A DNA stretch of 64,000 nucleotides from an uncultured virus (IMG/VR IMGVR_UViG_3300031857_015178) (IMGVR_UViG_3300031857_015178); one strand, 5' to 3'. Counted from the stretch's first letter, positions 6,263 through 16,987 are shown. A program made the numbers and translations. The notes: generated by a model not told the origin, from the sequence alone.

Positions 6263-7189
6263 ATGAAAAAAATATATCTTATTAATACCAGTGAGTACCC
6301 AACAAAAGGTACTCACTATTTGATGAGTATGAAATTTGTAAATGGTTTTTCTTTATATGGTCTTGAGGCATATGATTTAAAAAACTTTGAAGAAATTGAA
6401 GACTCTGAAGATCAAATATTCTTGATGTGTGACAATTTTTACGATCAAAGAAGTTCCAATTGGATGGAGTACTTTGATTATCTGGCAAATAAGTTTCAAA
6501 AAACTACTTGGATTTTTTGGACTTTCCATAATGTATTGAATAATCACTATAAAGAAAAAGACTTTCCATTCAAAAAGTATATTTTTACTGGAGAGTATTA
6601 TAGAGATCCTGATTTTTCATATTTTGGAGAGCACTTCAGGGAATATGTAAATCATCCAAATTATGTTTCTCTTCCTTTTGCTGCCAGTATTAATCCAAAT
6701 GATATTGATTATATTCTATCCCAAAGAACTGATGAGTATGATTGTGGATTTTCGGGATGCAACTATAAGGAGGAATGGTCTCGTAAGTTAGAACAAAAAT
6801 ATAATTGCTTTATTCATTATTGGCCTCCATTTCTTGATGAATCTGAACGTGTCCGAAACGCTTTTCTAGGTTCTAAAATTTGTCTAGGGTTTAACTCTGA
6901 CGACAATATTAAAAATGGTCTACCTACAGAAAGAGTATTTGAGGGTATTGCTTACGGTTGTGTAGTTTTAACTGATTGTGAAATGGCTGTAGATGCAACT
7001 GATGGCGTTGCAGTTTATGTTTCGGATTATACTGACTTGGAACAAAAAGTAGAGTACTATCTAAACAATAAAGAAGCACGTTTAGAAAAGCAAAGGCAAG
7101 GAAAGTTATTTGCAAAATCTAAAGGGACATATTATAGTGTTATTGAAAACTTCTTAAAAACGATCAATAAAATTTACAATGAGTCATGA
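6263..7189 (+). CDS. glycosyltransferase (GT-B, CgeB/DUF3880-like)
   Basis: SKICLGFN...TERVFEGIAYGCVVLTD...YYL C-terminal signature. Confidence 0.7.
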   Translation: MKKIYLINTSEYPTKGTHYLMSMKFVNGFSLYGLEAYDLKNFEEIEDSEDQIFLMCDNFYDQRSSNWMEYFDYLANKFQKTTWIFWTFHNVLNNHYKEKDFPFKKYIFTGEYYRDPDFSYFGEHFREYVNHPNYVSLPFAASINPNDIDYILSQRTDEYDCGFSGCNYKEEWSRKLEQKYNCFIHYWPPFLDESERVRNAFLGSKICLGFNSDDNIKNGLPTERVFEGIAYGCVVLTDCEMAVDATDGVAVYVSDYTDLEQKVEYYLNNKEARLEKQRQGKLFAKSKGTYYSVIENFLKTINKIYNES

Positions 7190-7941
7190 ATAGAATTACG
7201 GATTATAATAAGGTAAAGACTGATATTGTTAAGTGGTTGGGTGATTATATTTTGACGTACCCAACCCTCAAGTCTTTTGTCATTGGCGTATCTGGTGGAA
7301 TTGATTCTGCTGTCGTAGCAACTCTTTGTGCGGAAACTGGTATTCCAACTTATGTTCTTTCAATGCCACTGCATTCAAGTGCTAAGAATGATACTTTGTC
7401 GGATGAATATAGTTCTGTACTGGAAGATAAGTATCCTAATGTTACTAAGATCAGAATCGATCTATCAAGCACATACGATCAAATCGTAAATGCAATTGAA
7501 CCAATTGGTTTGCAATTTGTTTCAAATCAATTGGCAAATGCGAATACAAAGTCTCGTATTCGCATGGTTACACTATATCAAGTTGCGGGTTCTGTGAGTG
7601 GTATTGTTGTTGGTACTGGAAACAAAGTTGAAGATTATGGTGTAGGATTTTATACTAAATATGGTGACGGTGGAGTTGATATTGCCCCTATTGCGGATCT
7701 TTATAAGACTGAAGTATGGGAACTGGGAAAATATCTTGGCATAGACCAACGTATTATTGATGCTCCTCCAACCGACGGGCTTTGGGAGGATAGTAGATCT
7801 GATGAAGACCAAATTGGCGCTTCTTACGCAGAACTAGAAGAAGCTATGGAGTATGGTACTGGACCTGCTCTAGAAATTCTTAAGAAATTCAACGCCCAAA
7901 ATAAACATAAAATGGAACCAATACCTACATTTAAACTATGA
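7186..7941 (+). CDS. nadE: NH3-dependent NAD+ synthetase
   Basis: GVSGGIDS, NTKSRIRM, GTGNKVE, FYTKYGDGG, PTDGLW. Confidence 0.93.
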   Translation: MNRITDYNKVKTDIVKWLGDYILTYPTLKSFVIGVSGGIDSAVVATLCAETGIPTYVLSMPLHSSAKNDTLSDEYSSVLEDKYPNVTKIRIDLSSTYDQIVNAIEPIGLQFVSNQLANANTKSRIRMVTLYQVAGSVSGIVVGTGNKVEDYGVGFYTKYGDGGVDIAPIADLYKTEVWELGKYLGIDQRIIDAPPTDGLWEDSRSDEDQIGASYAELEEAMEYGTGPALEILKKFNAQNKHKMEPIPTFKL

Positions 7942-9101
7942 AAATTGGAGTAATCGGTGCGGGAAGACTTGGAATTTGCTTTGCTCTTCTTTGCGAACAA
8001 GCTGGATACGATGTTATTGTCTCTGATATTAGAGAAGATTACGTTCAGAAGCTTAACAATAGAGAAATAGTAACAAATGAACCTGAGGTTCAAAGTCTTT
8101 TAAAGTGTGCTAAAAATTTTAGAGCAACCACTGATAATAAGGAAGTTATTCGAGAGTGTGACTTAATTTATACTTTAGTCGCTACACCATCTCTTGAAGA
8201 TGGTTCTTATGATATTTCATCTGTTTGGAATATTGTAGAAAACTTCAAAGAAGAAAGTATAACCAGTCGAAAATATTTTGTAGTTGGATGTACTGTAAAT
8301 CCAGGTGATTGTGATAATTTTAGAAAACAACTTCCAAATAACATTAAAGTTTTTTACAATCCAGAATTCATAGCACAGGGGTCCATTGTAAATGACCTTC
8401 GCAATGCTGATATGGTTCTTTTGGGAGTTGATTCTTGGGACAATACTGATGAAAAAATCATCTCAGATATTAGAAGTTTGTATCAAAAGATTCAAACTTC
8501 AAGAGCAATCATTTGCACTATGTCTACAACAGCAGCAGAAATAACAAAGATAGCAATCAACTGTTATTTGACTACAAAAATTAGTTATGCAAATATGCTA
8601 GGTGATATTCTTCACTTATCTGGATGTGGTGATGAAGTAATTGGAGTTCTTGCTGCAATTGGAACTGATTCTAGGATTGGTAGAAAGTATTTAAATTATG
8701 GTCTGGGATATGGTGGCCCATGTCTTCCTAGAGACAATAGAGCATTTGCTGCATTTGCAAAAAATGTGGGATTGGAGTATAATCTAGGAACGGTCACGGA
8801 TGAGATTAATAATCAACACGCCAAATTTGTCTGTGATTTTTATGACAAAATAAACAAGAATAAAAATCCATTTTACTTTGATTACATTACGTATAAAAAA
8901 GGAACCGATATTTTAACCGAAAGTCAACAATATAGACTTTGTATTGATTTGTTGGATAGAGGACATAAAGTTTATATCCATAATGATACTCGTATTTTTA
9001 ATGAAGTTTATAGTTACTTGACTGAAAAATATGATGATAGAGTAAAGTTTGTAGATAATAGAGATAACATTACAGAACCAATTTTTATTGTAAATTTATG
9101 A
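7938..9101 (+). CDS. ugd: UDP-glucose/GDP-mannose 6-dehydrogenase
   Basis: GAGRLG, NPEFIAQG, GYGGPCLPRD. Confidence 0.88.
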   Translation: MKIGVIGAGRLGICFALLCEQAGYDVIVSDIREDYVQKLNNREIVTNEPEVQSLLKCAKNFRATTDNKEVIRECDLIYTLVATPSLEDGSYDISSVWNIVENFKEESITSRKYFVVGCTVNPGDCDNFRKQLPNNIKVFYNPEFIAQGSIVNDLRNADMVLLGVDSWDNTDEKIISDIRSLYQKIQTSRAIICTMSTTAAEITKIAINCYLTTKISYANMLGDILHLSGCGDEVIGVLAAIGTDSRIGRKYLNYGLGYGGPCLPRDNRAFAAFAKNVGLEYNLGTVTDEINNQHAKFVCDFYDKINKNKNPFYFDYITYKKGTDILTESQQYRLCIDLLDRGHKVYIHNDTRIFNEVYSYLTEKYDDRVKFVDNRDNITEPIFIVNL

Positions 9102-10009
9102 TCGGATACGATAGACTAGGAACAAACGGTCGATTTGGAAATCAACTTTTTCAATATGCATCTCTTAGGGGGATCGCTGCTAATCGTGGATTTGATTGGT
9201 GCATTCCTCCCGACGAACAGCAGACTCTTGCTAATTATGGAATCCATCACCCATTTAAACTTAAAAACTTAAGTGAAAATAACATTGGATTTATTAATGA
9301 AAGCGTATCAATCAACGATTGCTACAGTTTTGAGAGTCTGTGTGCAAACAATCCTAACACCAAAAATGTAACTGAAAGCACCTTTGCATTTGATGAAGAT
9401 CTATTCAATAACATTGAAGATAATACAAATGTCGATGGATACTTGCAAACAGAAAAGTATTTTCTTAATATTGAAGATGAGATTAGGGAAGATTTTGAGT
9501 TCATTGATGACATTCTAAATCCATGTCAAGAATTTATTTCATCTGTAGGTGATGTTATTTTCCTACATGTGCGAAGAGGTGATAATGTTGGTAGGGAAGA
9601 TTATCATCCCATTCCAAGTTTTGATTATTATAAGAAAGCACTAGAAAACTTTGATTCTGGTGTTAATGTTCTTGTCTGCTCTGATGATATTGAATGGTGC
9701 AGTCAACAAGAATTCTTCTCAGATGATAGATTCTTGATGAATGATAGTGTCGAAAAATACTCTCACAAGTGTCAAGAAGGTGACGGTCAGTATAGAAATT
9801 CTTTGGTTCCATATACTGATCTCTGTTTAATGTCTCTCTGTAACGGCGCAATTCTATCTCCAAGTAGTCTTGGTTGGTGGGGCGCTTGGCTTCAAAAGTC
9901 CAAAGATAAAACAGTTGTAGCACCGACTAATTGGTTTGGTCCTAAGTTATCTTTCAATGATACTTCAGATATTATTCCTGAAAAATGGGTTCGCATAGAT
10001 GAAAATTGA
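9098..10009 (+). CDS. alpha-1,2-fucosyltransferase (GT11)
   Basis: GRFGNQLFQYA, HVRRGD, SDD..WC, SSLGWWGA. Confidence 0.88.
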   Translation: MIGYDRLGTNGRFGNQLFQYASLRGIAANRGFDWCIPPDEQQTLANYGIHHPFKLKNLSENNIGFINESVSINDCYSFESLCANNPNTKNVTESTFAFDEDLFNNIEDNTNVDGYLQTEKYFLNIEDEIREDFEFIDDILNPCQEFISSVGDVIFLHVRRGDNVGREDYHPIPSFDYYKKALENFDSGVNVLVCSDDIEWCSQQEFFSDDRFLMNDSVEKYSHKCQEGDGQYRNSLVPYTDLCLMSLCNGAILSPSSLGWWGAWLQKSKDKTVVAPTNWFGPKLSFNDTSDIIPEKWVRIDEN

Positions 10010-11567
10010 TTTATCCAAATCTACATTCATAATTCCAATCAGACTTGAAACTGATGATAGAGTGAGGAACGTAATTACCTCACTCTGTTTTTTGTTGTCT
10101 AACTTTAAAACAAATATTATAGTAAAGGAAGTTGATTCTTCTTCAGTATTTGTGGAGCAAGTTCTTCCCCAAATTGAAGAGTTTTGTGAAGACATCTCTG
10201 ATTTAAAACACATCTTCGAACAATCGGAGTCTCCAGAATTTCATCGTCAAAGAATTTTGAATGACATGATATTACAATCAACTACAGAAATTGTGGTTAA
10301 CTATGATTGTGATATTCTTCTTCCAGTTCAATCTTATGTGAATGCTTATAATTTGATTCTTGATGGAAGTTCTGATGTAGTTTATCCTTATGGGGATGGA
10401 ATGTATCAGAAGCAAGTTTTTGCTGATGATGAATTGGTTTCTGATTTTTTAAATAGTGATTTTGAATTTAGTATTCTAGAATCAAAGTCTAGGGATTATG
10501 ACGCTAAGTATGGTTTCTGCCAGTTCTTTAATCGAAAAGTATACATTGATGGTGGATTGGAAAATGAAAACTTTGTTTCATATGCGCCAGAAGATGTGGA
10601 GAGATTCTATCGATTTAATATTTTAGGTTATAAACTCTCTAGGATAAACGATAAAGTATATCATTTGGAGCATAAGAGAACTCCAAACTCTTATTTTACT
10701 AACCCACATATGCAAAGCAACAATGCAGAATGGGAAAAAATTAAAACTATGTCAAGGGATGATATAGTTGAGTATTATAAAAATCAGACTTACTATATTA
10801 AAAGGATGAATTCTCAATCAAAAATTACCTACATTAATTACTCTGATGCTAATTATCAGGAACATAGGGAGTTTTTGATTAAGCATGTTACCGATAATGA
10901 AATCTTTGACTCTACTCAAACCTTTACTAGAGAATGGTTGGAAACAACTGACTTCTATACTCAGAATAAATCTATACTGGATAAAGATAGATTATCTGGA
11001 TATGCTCTTTGGAAACCTTTCATTATTCTAAAGGCTTTAGACAATGTTGATTTTGGTGATATTGTTGCTTATATGGATTGTGGTGATATTCCTGTAAAGG
11101 GAATTAAAGAGTGTATACTTGAATATATGAAAGACCACGACCAATACTTTGTTTCCCAAAATCACACTGGAGTTAATAAGTGGTTTACTAAAAGAGACTG
11201 CTTTTACTATATGGGTTGTGATGAAGAAAAGTATTGGAATTCTATTCAACTTGAGGATGGGTTTTTAGCATTTAGAAAAACGCAAAAAAATATTGATTTT
11301 TTAAATGAATGGTTAGAGTATTGTCGTGATGAAAGAGTTGTTACTGATATTCCAAATCAGTGTGGATTGGAAAATTTTGATGGGTTTATAGACCATAGGC
11401 ACGATCAAAGTATCATAACAAATTTGCAACTAAAATATAATCTCCCATGTGTTATGGGGCATACTGGTGTTCGACATTATATTCATTGGAATGTTCTAGA
11501 ACACAAAGATGGTGTAGAATATTCTAATGGTGTTTATAGTTGGGGAGAAAGTGGATGCATAGTATAG
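9999..11567 (+). CDS. two-domain glycosyltransferase (GT2/GT7-like N-terminus plus second GT-A-like domain)
   Basis: YDCD, GGLENENF..Y.PED, YHLEH; C-terminal WKP..I, YMDCG, HRHDQS. Confidence 0.75.
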   Translation: MKIDLSKSTFIIPIRLETDDRVRNVITSLCFLLSNFKTNIIVKEVDSSSVFVEQVLPQIEEFCEDISDLKHIFEQSESPEFHRQRILNDMILQSTTEIVVNYDCDILLPVQSYVNAYNLILDGSSDVVYPYGDGMYQKQVFADDELVSDFLNSDFEFSILESKSRDYDAKYGFCQFFNRKVYIDGGLENENFVSYAPEDVERFYRFNILGYKLSRINDKVYHLEHKRTPNSYFTNPHMQSNNAEWEKIKTMSRDDIVEYYKNQTYYIKRMNSQSKITYINYSDANYQEHREFLIKHVTDNEIFDSTQTFTREWLETTDFYTQNKSILDKDRLSGYALWKPFIILKALDNVDFGDIVAYMDCGDIPVKGIKECILEYMKDHDQYFVSQNHTGVNKWFTKRDCFYYMGCDEEKYWNSIQLEDGFLAFRKTQKNIDFLNEWLEYCRDERVVTDIPNQCGLENFDGFIDHRHDQSIITNLQLKYNLPCVMGHTGVRHYIHWNVLEHKDGVEYSNGVYSWGESGCIV

Positions 11568-12385
11568 TATTAACAGTTCATAATAAAGGATGGTTGTTAC
11601 CCAACGTTCTTAATGGTATAAAAGAAAATACTACTAGCAATTATGAACTAATTGTGGTTCTTGATGGATGTTCTGATGAATCTGAGTCTATATGGCAAAA
11701 TTTTGTTGATTCAAATTCCAATATAAAAACGAAAACAGTATATACTCCAGATGTTTTTGAAACCAAGGCTAATAATGCTGGATTAAAAGAATGTGAAGGT
11801 GATAAAGTAATCATCGTTCAAGATGATATGATTGTTAAAGAATCTGGATGGAACAAGAGACTTGAAAAACCATTTGATGAATTTATTGATGTCTTTGGTG
11901 TCACCTCTCGCTCTGCATTTAATTATAGGATAAATCAAAACAGTATTCATTTAAGAATGAATAAAGAAGATGATTTAAAAATTGATAATTGTTGGAGTGA
12001 TATATTTGGATATGAATCTCATACAAATAGAGATGAAGGTTTAAGTAGAAATATTTTTGCTGTAAGAAATAATGTTTGCAGAGGTCCTTTGATGTTAGAC
12101 CATTCCGATTTAATAAAACTAAATTACTTTGATGAAGTGTTTGCTCCTCAAGACCAAGATGATGCAGATTTATGCTATAGAGCTTTTAAACAACTTGGTA
12201 AAGTTGTGGGTGCTTATTGGATTGATTATGAGTCTGATAATACCTGGGGAAGCACTCGCCCAGATGGAAGAAACCCGGCATCTTGGTTATTGAAAGCACA
12301 TCACAAAAATACTAGAATTGTTTTTGAAAGACATCAAGATATTCTTCTTGGAGAAAATCACGACCAAAATAGAGTATTAAAATGA
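11555..12385 (+). CDS. glycosyltransferase family 2
   Basis: LIVVLDGCSD, QDD, DDADLCYR. Confidence 0.8.
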   Translation: MHSIVLTVHNKGWLLPNVLNGIKENTTSNYELIVVLDGCSDESESIWQNFVDSNSNIKTKTVYTPDVFETKANNAGLKECEGDKVIIVQDDMIVKESGWNKRLEKPFDEFIDVFGVTSRSAFNYRINQNSIHLRMNKEDDLKIDNCWSDIFGYESHTNRDEGLSRNIFAVRNNVCRGPLMLDHSDLIKLNYFDEVFAPQDQDDADLCYRAFKQLGKVVGAYWIDYESDNTWGSTRPDGRNPASWLLKAHHKNTRIVFERHQDILLGENHDQNRVLK

Positions 12386-13176
12386 ATCTAACATATATCT
12401 TTCCAACTAAAATCGAGTCTAATGATAGACTTAAAAATATAATTACATCAGTATCTTATCTGCTTTATAATTTTCCCTCAGCAAAAGTATTGGTGAAAGA
12501 AGTAGATTCCGAATCTATTTTTTCACAACAAGCATTGCCAAAGATTAAAGAAATTGTTTCTACTGATAATCTTATCCATATCTTTGAAAAAAGTGATAAT
12601 CCAATTTTTCATAAAACAAAAATTCTCAATGACATAATTCTTGAAGCAGATACTGATGTAATTTGTAGTCACGATGTTGATGTTGTTTATCCTAAAGAAA
12701 GTCATCAAACTGCATATAATCTAATCATTAATAATGAATCGGACATAGTGTATCCATATGGATGTGGTGCTTTTCAATATCAGGTGGACTATTCTCAGGA
12801 ATTATTTGAAGATTTTACCAAATCTTTTGATATTTCTAAACTATCTAATAATCGTAGATTGCAAGCATCTAGTGTTGGATGGACTCAGTTTTATTCAAAG
12901 AAGGTTGTGATATCTGGTGGATTATGGAATGAGAATTTTCTATCTTGGGGTGAGGAAGACTCTGAATTTTATTTTCGTTTCAGTCTATTTGGGTATAGAA
13001 TACTAAGAGTTTTAAGTTACATCTACCACTTCGAGCACGAAAGAACTCATAACTCTCATTATCATAATCCAAAGTATCGTGATAATCATGACCTTTGGCA
13101 GTGGATTCGAAGGCAAGATAAGGATACCTTAAAAAATTATTATCTAAGTCAAAATTATTTGAGGGAAAGAATGTAA
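12382..13176 (+). CDS. glycosyltransferase (GT2/GT7-like), paralog of the 9999 N-domain
   Basis: HDVD, VYPYG, GGLWNENFLSWGEED, YHFEH. Confidence 0.8.
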   Translation: MNLTYIFPTKIESNDRLKNIITSVSYLLYNFPSAKVLVKEVDSESIFSQQALPKIKEIVSTDNLIHIFEKSDNPIFHKTKILNDIILEADTDVICSHDVDVVYPKESHQTAYNLIINNESDIVYPYGCGAFQYQVDYSQELFEDFTKSFDISKLSNNRRLQASSVGWTQFYSKKVVISGGLWNENFLSWGEEDSEFYFRFSLFGYRILRVLSYIYHFEHERTHNSHYHNPKYRDNHDLWQWIRRQDKDTLKNYYLSQNYLRERM

Positions 13177-13177
13177 A

Positions 13178-13987
13178 ATGCTAGCATTTAATCATCTAGG
13201 CAAGTTGGGACAACTTGGCAATCAAATGTTCCAATATGCAGCTCTAAGAGGAATTGCTGCTAATAAAAAATACGAATGGTGCATACCAAATCATAATGAA
13301 GTTGTTGTAGATTCTTTGGGAAATAAATTGAGGATTGAATTGTTTGATTGCTTTGAACTTTATGGAGTGAATTCAAATAATATTTCTTTACTAGACCAGG
13401 GACATGCTCCTTTAGTAATAGAAAAACAATTTCATTTTGATGAGGATCTATATAATCTTTGTTCCAATGAGGTTTCTTTGTATGGATTTTTTCAATCTGA
13501 GAAGTGGTTTTCTACAATTAAAGAACAAATAAAAGAGGATTTTACTTTTAAGCAAAATATACTTGCACCTTGCAAAGAAATTATGGGTAATATGGAAACA
13601 CCTATATCTCTCCATATTCGAAGAGGTGATTTTCTTATAAATTCTGGAAATCATTATAATCTTCAACTGAATTATTATGAGGAAGCACTAAGTCATTTTG
13701 ATAGTAATTTGGATGTTATTGTATTTTCGGATGACCCGGAATGGTGTAGTTCCCAAGAACTATTTGTTGGTGATCGCTTTTTGATATCCGAAAATAATAG
13801 TAGTTACATCGACATGTGCTTGATGTCTCTTTGCAAATATCATATAATTGCAAATAGCACATTTAGTTGGTGGGGAGCATGGTTAGCGAATAGCGAACAA
13901 GTCATCGCTCCATCTAAATGGTTTGGACCAAATAACGCAAATAAAAATACAAAAGATTTATACCCAGACAAATGGATAATAATATGA
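13178..13987 (+). CDS. alpha-1,2-fucosyltransferase (GT11)
   Basis: GQLGNQMFQYA, HIRRGD, NSTFSWWGA. Confidence 0.9.
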   Translation: MLAFNHLGKLGQLGNQMFQYAALRGIAANKKYEWCIPNHNEVVVDSLGNKLRIELFDCFELYGVNSNNISLLDQGHAPLVIEKQFHFDEDLYNLCSNEVSLYGFFQSEKWFSTIKEQIKEDFTFKQNILAPCKEIMGNMETPISLHIRRGDFLINSGNHYNLQLNYYEEALSHFDSNLDVIVFSDDPEWCSSQELFVGDRFLISENNSSYIDMCLMSLCKYHIIANSTFSWWGAWLANSEQVIAPSKWFGPNNANKNTKDLYPDKWIII

Positions 13988-14604
13988 AGTTCTCTGAAAT
14001 TTTTAAAAATGAATTCTACCAAAAAATGCTATCTCCCGCAGGCAATAATCCTGTACGTAACCGAGCAGATAGTTTTCTAAAAATATTTGAATTGTTAGAA
14101 CAAAAAGATGATAAAACTTTTTATCTTGTAGAAACTGGTACAACAAGATCGGACCACGGGCATCTTGCATTTGGTGATGATGGTGCATCAACATACATTT
14201 TCGATCAGTTTATTAATCATTATGATGGGGAAGTTAATTCTGTTGATATTAATATCAACAATGTCTCTTACTGTCGCAACCTTGTTTCAGAAAAAACAAA
14301 AGTTTTTTGCTCTGATTCTGTGAAGTTTTTGTGGAATCTTCCCAAAGATAGAAAAATTGATTTCTTATATCTGGATTCTTATGATATTGAAAAAGACAAT
14401 CCTCACCCATCACAACTCCATCATGTGAAAGAATTATGCGCCTCTATAGATAAACTCAAGAGTGGTTCTATAGTTGCCGTTGACGATCATGATGCTTTCT
14501 TTACTGAATTTAAAATTGGTAAAGGAAATTATGTAAAAGACTTCATGGATGATATTGGAGCAACTCTTGTTTATGAGGGATATCAAATAGTGTGGGTTTT
14601 ATAA
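13984..14604 (+). CDS. class I SAM-dependent methyltransferase-like protein
   Basis: VETG, SVDI, IDFLYLDS, LKSGSIVAVDD. Confidence 0.7.
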   Translation: MKFSEIFKNEFYQKMLSPAGNNPVRNRADSFLKIFELLEQKDDKTFYLVETGTTRSDHGHLAFGDDGASTYIFDQFINHYDGEVNSVDININNVSYCRNLVSEKTKVFCSDSVKFLWNLPKDRKIDFLYLDSYDIEKDNPHPSQLHHVKELCASIDKLKSGSIVAVDDHDAFFTEFKIGKGNYVKDFMDDIGATLVYEGYQIVWVL

Positions 14605-14648
14605 ATGAAAAAATATAGCAATACTATAAATTTGTAGGAGAAAATTTC

Positions 14649-15437
14649 ATGAATTGTATTCTTTATCTTGTGAGATCATCCGACCAAGACGTAGATGATT
14701 TTAATAAGTCATTAAAATTGATAGAAGAAAATCTCATACCATATACTTCTAATACTGATGTCTTAGTATTTTGTGAAAAATCATTTGATGAATATAAATC
14801 TAAGGTTCAAACAAACTTGCAACTTAGATATGAAACAATTGAATTTAATATTCCAGATTACCCTCAAGAAATATTAGATCAAATTCCTGAGTTTTTTCCT
14901 CATCCAACTCATGGAAATGGCCCAATAGCATGGGGTGATCCTGGATTTTCAATAGGATATCGCCATATGTGTAGATTTTTTTCAGGCGAACTTTATAATA
15001 ACGATATCGTAAAAGAATATGATTATTATTTAAGACTTGATACTGACTCTTTCGTTCATACTCCACTTAACTATGATATTTTTAAATGGGCGGAAGATGT
15101 TGGATGTTATTATGGATTTATTGCCCCAGCAATTCAAAAAGATAATCCAAAAGTAATTGAGGGTCTTTGGGAAAAGGTTAATGAAATGATTCCTGAAAAC
15201 TTTATTGAGGAAGGTATGATGTTTTATACTAATTTTGAACTCGGTAAAGTATCTTGGTTCTTGACAAGTGAGTATATGAGATTCTATAATGAATTAGATA
15301 AAACTGGTGGGTTCTACACTAAACGATGGGGAGATGCTCCAGTTAAATATCTTGCAATAAATCTTCTTATGGAACCAGAGCACATCTTTCCAGTAAAAGG
15401 ATTTACATATCAACATGGTGCTGTTTATACAGTATAA
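14649..15437 (+). CDS. GT15 (Kre2/Mnt1-like) alpha-1,2-mannosyltransferase
   Basis: YRHMCRFFSG, YDYYLRLD, TNFE, GGFY..RWGDAP. Confidence 0.8.
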   Translation: MNCILYLVRSSDQDVDDFNKSLKLIEENLIPYTSNTDVLVFCEKSFDEYKSKVQTNLQLRYETIEFNIPDYPQEILDQIPEFFPHPTHGNGPIAWGDPGFSIGYRHMCRFFSGELYNNDIVKEYDYYLRLDTDSFVHTPLNYDIFKWAEDVGCYYGFIAPAIQKDNPKVIEGLWEKVNEMIPENFIEEGMMFYTNFELGKVSWFLTSEYMRFYNELDKTGGFYTKRWGDAPVKYLAINLLMEPEHIFPVKGFTYQHGAVYTV

Positions 15438-15470
15438 TAGAAAAAGTATTTGTATTGAAAATGGAGATTA

Positions 15471-16172
15471 ATGACTTATAGACAGTTTGCTAAAAACTAC
15501 CATTCTGCTAATGGTGAAGATGGTATTATCAATCAGTTGTTTAAAGATTTAAATATCACTGATGGTGTTGTGTGTGAGTTTGGTGCTTGGGATGGAATTC
15601 TAGATAGCAATACGGCTCATTTGTGGTTGTATCGAGGATTTAAATCTGTCTTAATAGAAGGTATTGTAGAAAGATATAATACTCTAATTCATAATACGAA
15701 AGATTATGATAATGTAATTTGTATTAATGAATATATTTCTGAAGAGGGTGAAAATTCTATCGACAATATTCTTTCAAATTGTTCTTTTAAAATTAACAAA
15801 GACAACTTTGCTTTAATGTCTGTTGATATTGATTCTTTTGATTACTATGTGATTAAAAGTATTGAGAAGTTTTTTCCAAAAGTTTTAATCGTTGAATGTA
15901 ATGGTGGTTATCGCCCACATCAAGATTTTATTTCTCGTGATTCTGGATGTTCTCTAAAATCTGTAATAGAACTTGGTGAGAAAAAAGGTTATAAATGTGT
16001 TGCATATGTTGGTAATGCAATTCTTGTAAGAAATGACCTTGCCAAAAATTTACCAGATTATAATTATAATATTAACGAACTTTATATTACACCAGAAGAA
16101 CTTGATGAGTTAGTAAGAGGTTTGAATCCGAAAAGTACTTGTATAATGTCAACCGAATGGTATCATGGATAA
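15471..16172 (+). CDS. FkbM-like methyltransferase
   Basis: GEDGII, EFGAWDG..SNT, SVDIDSFDY, ECN. Confidence 0.7.
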   Translation: MTYRQFAKNYHSANGEDGIINQLFKDLNITDGVVCEFGAWDGILDSNTAHLWLYRGFKSVLIEGIVERYNTLIHNTKDYDNVICINEYISEEGENSIDNILSNCSFKINKDNFALMSVDIDSFDYYVIKSIEKFFPKVLIVECNGGYRPHQDFISRDSGCSLKSVIELGEKKGYKCVAYVGNAILVRNDLAKNLPDYNYNINELYITPEELDELVRGLNPKSTCIMSTEWYHG

Positions 16173-16953
16173 AAATAAATCAACATATAAATTAAATGGA
16201 ATTGGTCCAATTTATTACTTGAATCTTGATGGCCAACCAGAAAGGCGTCAGTATATGGAAGACCAATTTAAATATTGGGGGATTGAGAATTATACTCGTA
16301 TATCTGCTTATGATGGACGCGAAGATGATTTGAGTGATATTATTAAAGGGCGTTACCCTGAAATGATGTCCTCTGGGGAAATTGGGTGCGTAACTTCTCA
16401 CCTAAAAGCAATCAAGCATTGGTATGAAACATCAGATAGTCCATATGCAGTCATTATGGAAGATGATTGCAATCTAGATCTTGTTAAATTTTGGAATTTT
16501 ACTTGGAATGATTTTTATTGCCGCATTCCATATGATTGGGATGTGATGCAAATAGCAATCATCTGTACGGGAGACGTTCATGTAAAAGTGCATAAAAGGT
16601 TTGTAAACGAATTTTCTACAGCTTGTTATCTCATAACTCGTCACCATGCAGAAAAACTTCTTAAATTTCATGTAAGAGGTGATAAGTATAAACTTGATAA
16701 TGGTGTCAAACCTCGCCCTGTTGCCGATGATTTGATTTATAATTCAGGAAATACTTATTCTCTCCCACTTCTTCTCTATAGAATTGAATTGGGTTCCTCC
16801 ATTCATCCGGATCATATTGATGCTTTTCATAAAGGAAATTATGAAGGTCAATATAATCATTGGAGCCAAAGAGGATCCGATCTTACAATAGATGAACTCA
16901 TGGATTATAATCCATACTTGGGTAGAGTTGTTGAAAATTCTTCCACTCAGTAA
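16165..16953 (+). CDS. glycosyltransferase family 25
   Basis: YLNLD..PERR, ISAYDG, GEIGC..SH, IMEDD. Confidence 0.85.
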   Translation: MDKNKSTYKLNGIGPIYYLNLDGQPERRQYMEDQFKYWGIENYTRISAYDGREDDLSDIIKGRYPEMMSSGEIGCVTSHLKAIKHWYETSDSPYAVIMEDDCNLDLVKFWNFTWNDFYCRIPYDWDVMQIAIICTGDVHVKVHKRFVNEFSTACYLITRHHAEKLLKFHVRGDKYKLDNGVKPRPVADDLIYNSGNTYSLPLLLYRIELGSSIHPDHIDAFHKGNYEGQYNHWSQRGSDLTIDELMDYNPYLGRVVENSSTQ

Positions 16954-16958
16954 AATCC

Positions 16959-16987
16959 TTGACAGAATTTAAAACTCCCTCTATACT
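16959..16987 (+). promoter_or_regulatory. sigma70-type promoter of the porin gene, followed by a TAAGAATT/AATTCTTA inverted repeat
   Basis: TTGACA-17-TATACT. Confidence 0.7.
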
